Positions 45,811 to 54,502 of a DNA stretch of 64,000 nucleotides are shown one piece after another. Every line of letters begins with the position of its first letter. Position 1 is the first letter of the stretch. The position numbers and the translations under genes are program-made. The stretch spans positions 1 through 64,000 of the IMG/VR virus record IMGVR_UViG_3300031784_000013; one strand, given 5' to 3'. The notes under the pieces were generated by a model that was given only the letters and a program-made list of their open reading frames with translations, was not told where the DNA came from and ran no database searches. The stretch is from a virus.

Positions 45811-46317
45811 TTAACAAGAAGTTGCTGCACTTAGCACTCCACCACTTGATACTGTCCACTTAGTACTTAAGTTGGTTATGTAAATATATCCACTGTAAGT
45901 AGATGTTAGTCCACTATTAGTGTACAATACAACGCCATTAGCTAATACAGGAGCAGATGTATACAATGGAGATAACAATACAGCTGATGTACATGGGCTA
46001 GCAAGATTTACCAATCCACCTAAATACCAAGCATAGTAAGGAGCTCCTGTGGTAGTAGATGTACTGGTACTACTTGTTGATGTACTAGTTGTTGATGGAG
46101 GAGGTGGCGTAGGAGTGATAATCTCTTTGATTGCCAAAATCTGTGCATCAATTATTTGAAGAATTGTTGTCAAGTCTTCACAACTCTGTATTCCTGTTCC
46201 TGGAAGATTAGGACCAACGTATTTAACTTGCGATGTTGATAGCAAATCATTTCCAGGATCACTACATCCACAAGGATCAAGTGATCCGCATCCTGAGCAT
46301 TTATTATTTTGTACCAT
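45811..46317 (-). CDS. Small Cys-rich virion protein (~168 aa): docking module B, Pro/Thr/Ser linker, C-terminal beta domain
   Basis: Likely start MVQNNKCSGCG at 46317; VKYVGPNLPGTGIQSCEDLTTILQII module; PTPPPPSTTSTSTSSTSTSTTTG linker. Confidence 0.65.
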   Translation of the reverse strand: MVQNNKCSGCGSLDPCGCSDPGNDLLSTSQVKYVGPNLPGTGIQSCEDLTTILQIIDAQILAIKEIITPTPPPPSTTSTSTSSTSTSTTTGAPYYAWYLGGLVNLASPCTSAVLLSPLYTSAPVLANGVVLYTNSGLTSTYSGYIYITNLSTKWTVSSGGVLSAATSC

Positions 46318-46321
46318 GATA

Positions 46322-47464
46322 TTATGGGATGTACATGATGTAATAAGCACCAATTGTAGGCTGGATGTTGATATGGCTCAATCCACCACCTGTTGCATTA
46401 ACAACTACACTAGTTGTAACATTCACTGTAGCATTATTAGTTGGTCCCCTGTCAGCACTTCCTGATATACTTTTTAATCTATATGAAAATCTATCACCAG
46501 AAAGACCAGATACATCATAATCTGTAACAAGAGGAGATGTAGATGTTAGATCCCCAATATTTGTAGAACCATCTTTAGCAATAAAGTGTGAGTGTGGGTC
46601 AGCAGTGGATGTAGCTGTTGCTGTGTGAGTGTGAGAAGGGATTTGATTAGCTGTAAGAGTGACATTGTTCAAACCTTGTACACTATTCAATGAGTAACTT
46701 GGGTTACCTGCTGTTGAAGGATTCACAATAGAACTCATTGGAATACTTCCAGCCATGCTTCCATCTGTAGTTCCTACAGCAACACGTCCTCTTTTATCTG
46801 GTGTTCCATTACTTCCGTTACACAAAAATACGTCAATGAATTGACCAGATCCTGCTCCTGTAACATCAAAGCCTGTAAGAGGTCCATAATATTCATACGC
46901 AACGTATGGTACCATGTTATTCTTGTACAAGTTGGATGGTGCAATGCTGTTCAAATAGGCTTGAATAAGCGCATTCAAATCAGCAAGCTTAACATAATTG
47001 GTGTCAACTTCAATCTCAAATGCTGCTAAGTCAGCTGCTGTTGAGCAGAGCTTGTTGATAGCTGCTTGAAGAATAGCATGTGTATCAGACGATGCTGTTA
47101 CACCTGTTAAACATCCAATTGTGTAATCAGCGTTAAGGGTGGCGAGCGTTGCATCGATTGCTGTAACATTGGTTTTTAAAGCGCAAATTGATTGCAACAA
47201 TGCTGAGATAACATCATTAAGTGTAATGTCACCAGACACTGGGAGAAACCCACTCACCAATGGGCACAGATCAGCTGGATCAATGACAGGAATAATGCCA
47301 TTACCAGTAGACAGATCTAAGATGAAATTTGCAATTTGTAATTCAACAAAAGCAAGTGTGTCCCCATTGGAAATACCAAGGGCAGGAATGCCGTATCCTG
47401 TATATCTTACGCACTGATCAGATATGATTTCAGTGCATCCGTTAAAGCAATTAGAACAGCTCAT
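46322..47464 (-). CDS. Short fibre with phage tail-collar domain (380 aa), docking module B at N-terminus
   Basis: FLCNGSNGTPDKRGRVAVG...LTANQIPSHTH...GGGLSHINIQPTIGAYYIM matches the collar-fibre pattern. Confidence 0.8.
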   Translation of the reverse strand: MSCSNCFNGCTEIISDQCVRYTGYGIPALGISNGDTLAFVELQIANFILDLSTGNGIIPVIDPADLCPLVSGFLPVSGDITLNDVISALLQSICALKTNVTAIDATLATLNADYTIGCLTGVTASSDTHAILQAAINKLCSTAADLAAFEIEVDTNYVKLADLNALIQAYLNSIAPSNLYKNNMVPYVAYEYYGPLTGFDVTGAGSGQFIDVFLCNGSNGTPDKRGRVAVGTTDGSMAGSIPMSSIVNPSTAGNPSYSLNSVQGLNNVTLTANQIPSHTHTATATSTADPHSHFIAKDGSTNIGDLTSTSPLVTDYDVSGLSGDRFSYRLKSISGSADRGPTNNATVNVTTSVVVNATGGGLSHINIQPTIGAYYIMYIP

Positions 47465-47731
47465 TTATTTATATTTTAGAAGTTTTACTTTACTAGCTAT
47501 TTGACATACGCTATATGGTTTAGCGTAATCTGGGTTACAATACTTATATGTCAAGATTCTTCTGTAATTAAGAAGATCTATCATAGTTGTATATGGGACA
47601 GGCATATTCAATGCAAACACAGTGTTGTTGTAAAGATTCTTTGCAACTTCTGTAATCTTACATTCGATATCCTGTAACAATGTTGGGATATCAACACACT
47701 CAGGGCAAGAAGTTAATCTAGGTTGTAACAT
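47465..47731 (-). CDS. Small structural protein (88 aa)
   Basis: Likely start MLQPRLTSCPEC at 47731, 2 nt after the stop of the upstream mini-ORF. Confidence 0.6.
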   Translation of the reverse strand: MLQPRLTSCPECVDIPTLLQDIECKITEVAKNLYNNTVFALNMPVPYTTMIDLLNYRRILTYKYCNPDYAKPYSVCQIASKVKLLKYK

Positions 47732-47733
47732 GT

Positions 47734-47865
47734 CTATTGATTTTGAGTGGTGGGTGGTTGTACTGTGAGTTCTTCTTTCTTCTTGTTTGCACAGAATGCG
47801 CACATCCCATTTTTGAGATTACATCCACATCCTACACTTGCCCCACAGCTTGAACACTTTGCCAT
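47734..47865 (-). CDS. Unannotated 43-aa Cys-rich (metallothionein/Zn-knuckle-like) peptide
   Basis: MAKCSSCGASVGCGCNLKNGMCAFCANKKKEELTVQPPTTQNQ*; fills the gap between 47867 and 47731 exactly. Confidence 0.7.
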   Translation of the reverse strand: MAKCSSCGASVGCGCNLKNGMCAFCANKKKEELTVQPPTTQNQ

Positions 47866-47866
47866 A

Positions 47867-48436
47867 TTAATAATAAGTTGTTACGGTTGCGTAATTATTT
47901 CCTGAACATCCACAGTTGTTTCGTAAGAAGTTGTTCAGCATTTTGTCAGCTTGAAGATACAATCTATTTGCTTCAACCGCAGCACAATTATTTGCTGCTG
48001 CTATAGCACCATTAATAAAGAATGATATAGTTGTTAGCTCCACCTTAGATTGCGTCTTAATTGCTCTATCACACTCCATCATGTCAAGTTTCATGAATGC
48101 CTCATCGAACTTCTCTTGAAGTCTTTCAGTACGCATTATAGTTCTCTCAACATAGTTTACGTTTGCTGGTGCTACTGAATACTTCAGATAGTAAATACCA
48201 TCAGGGAGAGGGTCATTTATTCCAACTGGCGTAATTCCTAAATTAGAAGATGAAAACACATTCACCTGATTAACAGTAAATGGAACGTTTACTATCCCAA
48301 AGTTTGGAACATTAACCTCCAAGTTTGGTGCAGAGACAGCTGGTGGAGTAGTTGGGTATGTAGATGCGTCAGCAACAGCCATTGTTAGCGTGTTGTATGT
48401 TGGAACTACAATAATGTCTAGTTGCAGAGTTGGCAT
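47867..48436 (-). CDS. Structural (vertex/decoration-type) protein (189 aa)
   Basis: LPDGIYYLKYSVAP and IAAANNC..ANRLY motifs; follows the auxiliary capsid gene. Confidence 0.6.
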   Translation of the reverse strand: MPTLQLDIIVVPTYNTLTMAVADASTYPTTPPAVSAPNLEVNVPNFGIVNVPFTVNQVNVFSSSNLGITPVGINDPLPDGIYYLKYSVAPANVNYVERTIMRTERLQEKFDEAFMKLDMMECDRAIKTQSKVELTTISFFINGAIAAANNCAAVEANRLYLQADKMLNNFLRNNCGCSGNNYATVTTYY

Positions 48437-48444
48437 GGGAGTTA

Positions 48445-48495
48445 TAAAGAAAATGCCAGAGGATTTTGAGAACTAATCCTCTCACCCTCTGGCAT
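48445..48495 (-). terminator. Terminator-like hairpin after the auxiliary capsid gene
   Basis: atgccagagg (48453-48462) / cctctggcat (48486-48495), a 10-bp inverted repeat followed on the minus strand by tttcttt. Confidence 0.75.
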
Positions 48496-48524
48496 AGGTT
48501 GTAGAAATTTTAACTTACCTACTA

Positions 48525-49703
48525 TTAAGGAATCAAAGTGCTAGTAGTGGTAGTAGTTGTTGGAGGTGTAGAAGTTGTAGTGGTAGTAGTAGTGATACAA
48601 ACATTGTTGTCAACTACAGTACCAAGAGCAGCTTCAAGAACAGCTTCAACAGCAGTAGAAATACCAGCGTTACCTGGAGTGGCAGCGTTAGGAACAGCAA
48701 CAATCACCATGCTATCCTCATAGATATAATCACCCCACTGATAAGCAGAACGGTCGTACTGATTGAACTTGATGTAATAGGTATCATAGATGGTACCAGT
48801 GGTTACATAAGTTTCAAAGTTCTCGTTGTAACCATTCATTCTGTACAAGTGCTTCAAGTAACCTGCCTGATAGCTGTAGAAGTTTTTCTCAAGTTGAGCA
48901 ATTTCTTCAGCAGTACCAGTTGGGTAAGAAGCTCTCTGTACAACAACAGGATCAGCAACAATATCACAATTGTCAGCAACAATGAAGTCAGCAGTGGTAG
49001 CAGGACCTTGGTATACGAAAGTACGGAAGTACATTCTGTCATATTCCCAAGGGAATGCAGCAATATCGCAAGGCTGACCATACTTGGTAAGAGGCTTACC
49101 AGAGATTCGAAGGATAGTTCCACCTACGTTCTCGAAAGTATAGAAATCAGACAATGTGATGTTGTCAGGGTTGTTACCAGGAGCAGCAAGGTTCAACTGA
49201 TAGATGAACTGGTTGATCAACGCATTAGTGTTGACATCAGCGCAAGGATCAGCACCGCAATCGCAGCAAGGAGCTTGTACAGTTACAGAACGGGTGAAAC
49301 CGTTGAAGTACAAGGTGTCAAGATAACTAGAATGACCTCTTAGAGTAAGGGTCACAATTTCTCCACACTGTACGTTCCAATCAGTTACATCAGTGATTTG
49401 GACAGCAGGAGTACCGCAACCTGATACTTTGTACCATTCAGTTACGTTAGATGAGCAACCAGAGCCAGAAGGGCAACCCTTGATTTTATCAGAACGCTTA
49501 GAGCCTTGTAGGTAGGTGTTTTGTCTACCTTGAGCTACATAGAAGTATGGAGCAGCAGCAATGTTAGCAGCTGTAGCCACACTGTAATCGTTTCTGAAGA
49601 AACCAACTTGACCAGCGGTTAGATCCTGTGTAGAACCAGTGCTAGGGAGCGAAGTTTGCCCTACTGGAACTACAAAAAGGGTGGTTAACGAGAAATCAGC
49701 CAT
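48525..49703 (-). CDS. Probable auxiliary capsid protein (392 aa) with C-terminal poly-Thr tail
   Basis: Third gene after MCP and followed by its own terminator, as expected for a high-copy protein; ends CITTTTTTTSTPPTTTTTTSTLIP. Confidence 0.6.
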   Translation of the reverse strand: MADFSLTTLFVVPVGQTSLPSTGSTQDLTAGQVGFFRNDYSVATAANIAAAPYFYVAQGRQNTYLQGSKRSDKIKGCPSGSGCSSNVTEWYKVSGCGTPAVQITDVTDWNVQCGEIVTLTLRGHSSYLDTLYFNGFTRSVTVQAPCCDCGADPCADVNTNALINQFIYQLNLAAPGNNPDNITLSDFYTFENVGGTILRISGKPLTKYGQPCDIAAFPWEYDRMYFRTFVYQGPATTADFIVADNCDIVADPVVVQRASYPTGTAEEIAQLEKNFYSYQAGYLKHLYRMNGYNENFETYVTTGTIYDTYYIKFNQYDRSAYQWGDYIYEDSMVIVAVPNAATPGNAGISTAVEAVLEAALGTVVDNNVCITTTTTTTSTPPTTTTTTSTLIP

Positions 49704-49728
49704 TTTTTTGTTTGTTTGTTAAGTTTAT

Positions 49729-50460
49729 TTATTCATTTGTCTGTATTCTGAACTGGGCACTTTGTACCGCAGAAGCATTCTCTGTATACATTGCAAGGTT
49801 CTGGACGGTTAAATCAACTAACTCATCTTCCAGATAAGCTTCAAGTTCACAGTTAACATCCGTAGATGGTTGGCCGTCAAACCTGATATAGCCTGTCTTA
49901 TCAATGTAGATTGGATATCTCATATAAGAGATGTATATATCATTAGGAGTGAACGTTCCGTCTGTGAATATACTAATTTCATCTGAGGAGAGGAAATTAA
50001 ATGTCTCTTGATATTCGAAAGATGGCTTATAGTGAACGTTGTTCAATAAGAACTGCAAATCACCATGTTTTGCCAAGTCTTTGTTTATCCAAATTTGTCG
50101 ATCCTTGCACACTCCCTTGTCAGCTAGAATATAACTGTCAATGTAGAACATGTACTTTGGATCAAGCGTATCAATATCAGCTGTCCACTGATTTAATGTT
50201 TGGTTCTTTAGATGTAATGGTAACTTACCACGATTGTAATTAATTACAAGTCTTTGCAAGTCTTCATAACGCTTTTTGAAAGCGTCCATTCCCATTCCAT
50301 TGACAACACTAAATCCATCAACCTTCTGTTTGATAAGCTTTATCTGAGCCTCATTCAAGGCTAAGATTTTATCTTCGAGTTGAATCTGCTGATGCTCATT
50401 AGTCGATAGTTTATTTAGTTTTTGATCAATTTTATATAATAAACTATCTACAGGTATCAT
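49729..50460 (-). CDS. Conserved crAss-like ring/adaptor protein (243 aa)
   Basis: LNEAQIKLIK...KRYEDLQRL...YMRYP...CELEAYLEDELVDL; synteny. Confidence 0.7.
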   Translation of the reverse strand: MIPVDSLLYKIDQKLNKLSTNEHQQIQLEDKILALNEAQIKLIKQKVDGFSVVNGMGMDAFKKRYEDLQRLVINYNRGKLPLHLKNQTLNQWTADIDTLDPKYMFYIDSYILADKGVCKDRQIWINKDLAKHGDLQFLLNNVHYKPSFEYQETFNFLSSDEISIFTDGTFTPNDIYISYMRYPIYIDKTGYIRFDGQPSTDVNCELEAYLEDELVDLTVQNLAMYTENASAVQSAQFRIQTNE

Positions 50461-51425
50461 ACAGAAGCGAGTTTCTTAGATTTCAACTTTTGTTCTAGAG
50501 TGATTAGTTCGTCCTGATTATCATCATTAGCTAAGAACTTCACCAACTCTTCTTCATCTTTTGCCACTTCATATTCACCTTCAAAGACACGTCCACTGGA
50601 CTTAACTCTGTAAACTGAATGTGCAATAGCTTGCTTAACCAAATCTTTGATATGGAGTAAATTTTCCTTCATGTCTGCAAATCTGTTAAACACTTCGATT
50701 GTTGACAATCCTTGGTATTTACCAGACTTGAATTCAGTCTGCTTGAGAATGTTATCCACTTGATTGTATACAAAATCTTCTTTAGAATCTTCTGTAACTG
50801 GAAGTCCTAAAAGTCTTGCAACTTTTCTTTTCTTCTCAGGAGACATTGTATCAAACTTGGAGATTGCCTTGTTGATCAATTGCTTCTTCTTGAAGATTAC
50901 AGCATTTTCGATATCATCATCTACAACGTAGAATTGTGTATCTGCTGGATAGTCACCTCTTTCCCATGCTTGGTAAGAACTAGCAACAGTTGGATGAACT
51001 CTCAACCAAGAGAACGCAAGTTCTTGAAAAGGTACTGTCAAATCGAAGTAGTTATCACCATCAAGAAGTTTTACAGTTTGGACGTGAGTAGTGTCATCCG
51101 CAGATTTTGATAAGCCGTAGTTCCAGAAAATAGCTCTTGGTCCAAGATCTATTCCTCCTAAAGCATTTTCAAGTTTCTCTCTTAGTTCTTTTACACGTTC
51201 AACTTCTAGCTCACGCTCAGTAGGATCTGCAATTCTTTTGATGTAAGCAGCGTCAGGATCTAAACCTGTTCTGTATCGTCCATCAAGTTCCTTGTAAGGA
51301 TATTTAAAAACTCCAGTTCCTGGAATTCTTGATAGTCCTCTTTGTGATAATCCTCCTTGCATGGTTTGCATGCCAGCACTGTTGTACTCCTTCTTAATCG
51401 TGGAGATTTTCCCTAATTTACCCAT
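50457..51425 (-). CDS. Conserved crAss-like protein downstream of MCP (322 aa)
   Basis: YRTGLD...FDLTVP...KKRKVARLLG motifs; synteny. Confidence 0.65.
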   Translation of the reverse strand: MGKLGKISTIKKEYNSAGMQTMQGGLSQRGLSRIPGTGVFKYPYKELDGRYRTGLDPDAAYIKRIADPTERELEVERVKELREKLENALGGIDLGPRAIFWNYGLSKSADDTTHVQTVKLLDGDNYFDLTVPFQELAFSWLRVHPTVASSYQAWERGDYPADTQFYVVDDDIENAVIFKKKQLINKAISKFDTMSPEKKRKVARLLGLPVTEDSKEDFVYNQVDNILKQTEFKSGKYQGLSTIEVFNRFADMKENLLHIKDLVKQAIAHSVYRVKSSGRVFEGEYEVAKDEEELVKFLANDDNQDELITLEQKLKSKKLASV

Positions 51426-51514
51426 TACGTAGTTATTTGATTATTATTGGTTTGTTTGCAGAGTGCGCCAATCAAATGGCTAGGCTCACTGACCCGCACT
51501 CTGTTTTAAAGAGC

Positions 51515-51548
51515 AATAAAACTCCCCTCATGGTTGACACGAGGGGAG
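51515..51548 (-). terminator. Rho-independent terminator after MCP
   Basis: Minus strand ctcccctcgtg-tcaac-catgaggggag followed by ttttatt. Confidence 0.85.
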
Positions 51549-51556
51549 ATTTTATA

Positions 51557-53110
51557 TTAGAACTGTGGAATTTCTTCGATTAGAACAGTTCGTGACAAGT
51601 CTTCGATGAATACATCGCAACGATCTTGCATCCAGATTTCATAGCCTGGGAATTTGTTGGCAGAAGACATACCCTGAGACTTAGCAAAGCCAAGGTGGTG
51701 TCTACGTCCATCGATATAACCCCAAGTCATAGAAGGAGCACCTTTCATTCTCACTTCACGAATGTTGTTCACCATAGAGCCATCAGACATTGGAGACACA
51801 TCAAATACCATGAACACTGGAGTTGACTTCTTGTTCTGTCCAAATTCCAAGTTGGATTGAGGAAGATCAAGTTCTTTCAAGTGGATAAGTTCCACACGAC
51901 CAGTTTCACGAGTAACCATTGCATCGAATGCAAAGTTATAAGTGATGTGTTGTCCTTCTCCTTGCATGTATCTGTTTCCAGAATCTGCCATGAAGGTAAG
52001 GCCAGAGTTCAATGCATCAGTTTTCAAAGCCTGCTGGAACACGTCAAAGCCAGCTTCGTTAGTGTACATTTTCACTCGTCTGTCCTTAACATCCACACGT
52101 CTGTAGAACAAGTCTCCAAACACGGAACGGATAAGGTTTGCAGAGAATTCTCCACGGTTGTATTGTACCAAGTTACCATTGTTACGCATTCTGTGATAAA
52201 CACCAGCAGATACACGCTTCAATTCTTGCTTAGATCCATTAGTTTTTACAGTGCCTGGCTTAGACCAGATCATTCGCTTCACCTTAAGTTCAAGCATTGC
52301 TTTTCTCAACATGAATTCTACGAATGGCTCCCACTTAACATCGTTACGAGTTAGAGGAAGTTGGTTTCTACGCTGAGGAGCATACACCAAGATATCAAGA
52401 GGCTTACCAGAAGCATCACGCATAGTCTTGTCATCAGCCCATGCAGTAACTTGGTGCTCAAAACCATATCCAGAACCAAGAGATTCGAACATAGTGATTT
52501 TCTCACCAAGTCTTGGTAAACCAAGAAGGTCCTGATCAAATTCACCAATTGCAGCATCAACTAGTTCTAGTTCAATACCAATTTGCAAGAAGGTAGGGCT
52601 TACAAAGTCTAGGATTGGGTTGTCAGACACCAATGTAAAGGTGTAAAGGAAACCTGCATTCCAAGGAACTGGATCTTTTACAGCATACCATCTTGGACCA
52701 TACTGACGAGAACCTACAGAAACGATAGCGTTCTTAGAGAATTCGTTAGTGTCCAATACCACCTGAAACTCCTGACCATCGATACCTGGCTTGCTCAACT
52801 CAGCAGTGGAGCTAGGGATGTCAATGATTTTAGGGAATTTGTAAGGAACTTGAACGTCCCACTTCCAAGAATCGCTGTTGTTGTCGATGTAGTAAGGAGT
52901 GGACTTGTTGATCATATCAAGGAAGTCGTTGCTGTACAATGAGCTCTGAGTGTACAAGGAGATGATCTTCTTGTCATAGTCAGCTGGCTCAGTGGAGTGA
53001 AACGACTCCAAGTGATTTGAATCAGTTAGCTTTCCTACGGCACGTTTGTCCATTGACGCAACGCGAGCATAGGTAAAGCCTGTTAAACCTGGGATTGTTT
53101 GAATTGCCAT
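51557..53110 (-). CDS. Major capsid protein (crAss-like HK97 fold, 517 aa)
   Basis: Size, position after portal and scaffold, LTDSNHL..WKWDV..KMYTNEAGF..ELIHLKELD motifs, strong downstream terminator. Confidence 0.9.
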   Translation of the reverse strand: MAIQTIPGLTGFTYARVASMDKRAVGKLTDSNHLESFHSTEPADYDKKIISLYTQSSLYSNDFLDMINKSTPYYIDNNSDSWKWDVQVPYKFPKIIDIPSSTAELSKPGIDGQEFQVVLDTNEFSKNAIVSVGSRQYGPRWYAVKDPVPWNAGFLYTFTLVSDNPILDFVSPTFLQIGIELELVDAAIGEFDQDLLGLPRLGEKITMFESLGSGYGFEHQVTAWADDKTMRDASGKPLDILVYAPQRRNQLPLTRNDVKWEPFVEFMLRKAMLELKVKRMIWSKPGTVKTNGSKQELKRVSAGVYHRMRNNGNLVQYNRGEFSANLIRSVFGDLFYRRVDVKDRRVKMYTNEAGFDVFQQALKTDALNSGLTFMADSGNRYMQGEGQHITYNFAFDAMVTRETGRVELIHLKELDLPQSNLEFGQNKKSTPVFMVFDVSPMSDGSMVNNIREVRMKGAPSMTWGYIDGRRHHLGFAKSQGMSSANKFPGYEIWMQDRCDVFIEDLSRTVLIEEIPQF

Positions 53111-53134
53111 TGTTTTAAGCTTTGTTTATTTAAT

Positions 53135-54370
53135 TTATAAGAACCATGAGTTCGCTTTTCCAGAATTGCCACCAGAACCAGGTTTTTTACTAGTCTGTCT
53201 CGCAACTTCCTCAAACAACTGAGTTGACTTCTTAGTCACCCCTGTTCTTTGAATGGTAGATAGTGTAGGATCTTTTTCCAAGATTTTCAGAAGAAGTCCC
53301 ACCTTAACTTTTAAAGCGTGATTCTCAGGTCTCTTGAGCTCCAGGATAGTCTTGTCAAAATCTGTCAGGGTTTCTCCTGACGTAGTTTTGTACTTATCTA
53401 CCAAAAGGAAGTCTTGTAGTTCTGATGCCAATTTGGTGTTTAATGGAATTCCATCAAACTCCTTTGTTTTCAATTTGTCTTGAAGGACAGACTGAACGTT
53501 TTGTATATACTGATTTCGAATCATTGCTTTCTGATGAAGATGTTGTTCAGCTTGTTGCTCCATTTGTTGCAACTTTACTGCCTCTTTCTTAACAAGCACT
53601 TTGTGATGCTTGCTAGCAACTGTTTCTAAATCACCGTAGCTTCTAAGCCTTTCAACTTCTGTTGTGATGTCCTCACTATCAAATCCCTGGTCTGCCAGAG
53701 CTTGTTTGATCACCTTCACTTGGTTGTCTTCATTGGACAAGTCCAATTCAGCAAAACTCACTACACTGTTATATACGCCAAAATAATCTTTAGGGTCTAC
53801 ACCCTTTACAAATATGGCATCAAACGCTTTCTGGTAATCCTCTCCAAACTGACCAATGAAATTATCAACAATCTCGATTGCACCTTTTTTCTTCTCTGCA
53901 TTGAACTTCTCCAGGAATTGTTCTGGTGTCTCAATAACTGTATCCTCTTCATCATCATCTTGTGTAAAAACACCAAGTTTGAAAAGGTCCTTCGATAGAG
54001 AAACAAATGGGGATTCTGATGCATCATCTTCTTCTTCATCAGCTTTCACTTCTGGTTTAGCTGGTGCTGCAACATTATCGTCTTCTTCCTCATCATCATC
54101 GTCTCCAAGAAAGTTTTTCAAAACATCTTGTGGAGTGGTTTCCTCACCATCTAGCTTTTGGACAACTTCCTTACCTTTAGAAACTTCTGGTTTTTTAGGA
54201 GCTTGGGGTTCATCAGCTGTCTTTACGATTGCTTCTAGTTTATCAGGATCTTCTGTAGAAGTTTCTGGAGAAAACAAGTCGCTTAACAATTCTGTGTTAC
54301 CCACTCCCATTCCCAACGTTTCTTCAATACCAAAGTTACCAAATGACGGAGTGTCTAGGTTGTCTGCCAT
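53135..54370 (-). CDS. Probable capsid scaffolding protein (411 aa)
   Basis: Highly acidic disordered N-half, helical C-half, short hydrophobic C-tail (NSWFL); lies between portal and MCP. Confidence 0.7.
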   Translation of the reverse strand: MADNLDTPSFGNFGIEETLGMGVGNTELLSDLFSPETSTEDPDKLEAIVKTADEPQAPKKPEVSKGKEVVQKLDGEETTPQDVLKNFLGDDDDEEEDDNVAAPAKPEVKADEEEDDASESPFVSLSKDLFKLGVFTQDDDEEDTVIETPEQFLEKFNAEKKKGAIEIVDNFIGQFGEDYQKAFDAIFVKGVDPKDYFGVYNSVVSFAELDLSNEDNQVKVIKQALADQGFDSEDITTEVERLRSYGDLETVASKHHKVLVKKEAVKLQQMEQQAEQHLHQKAMIRNQYIQNVQSVLQDKLKTKEFDGIPLNTKLASELQDFLLVDKYKTTSGETLTDFDKTILELKRPENHALKVKVGLLLKILEKDPTLSTIQRTGVTKKSTQLFEEVARQTSKKPGSGGNSGKANSWFL

Positions 54371-54502
54371 ATATGTAGTTAATTATTTGATTGGTTTATT
54401 GATATAAATGTACTTTCGTTTATAAAATAATCAAATAAGGAATAATCAAAATTGTTGTTTTTTTGACACGTATAGCATTAACTATACTTTTTCCTATATT
54501 TT

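Noticed and set aside
1-47464. Diversity-generating retroelement acting on fibres or adhesin
   Set aside because: No reverse transcriptase and no adenine-specific TR/VR pair visible in this window.
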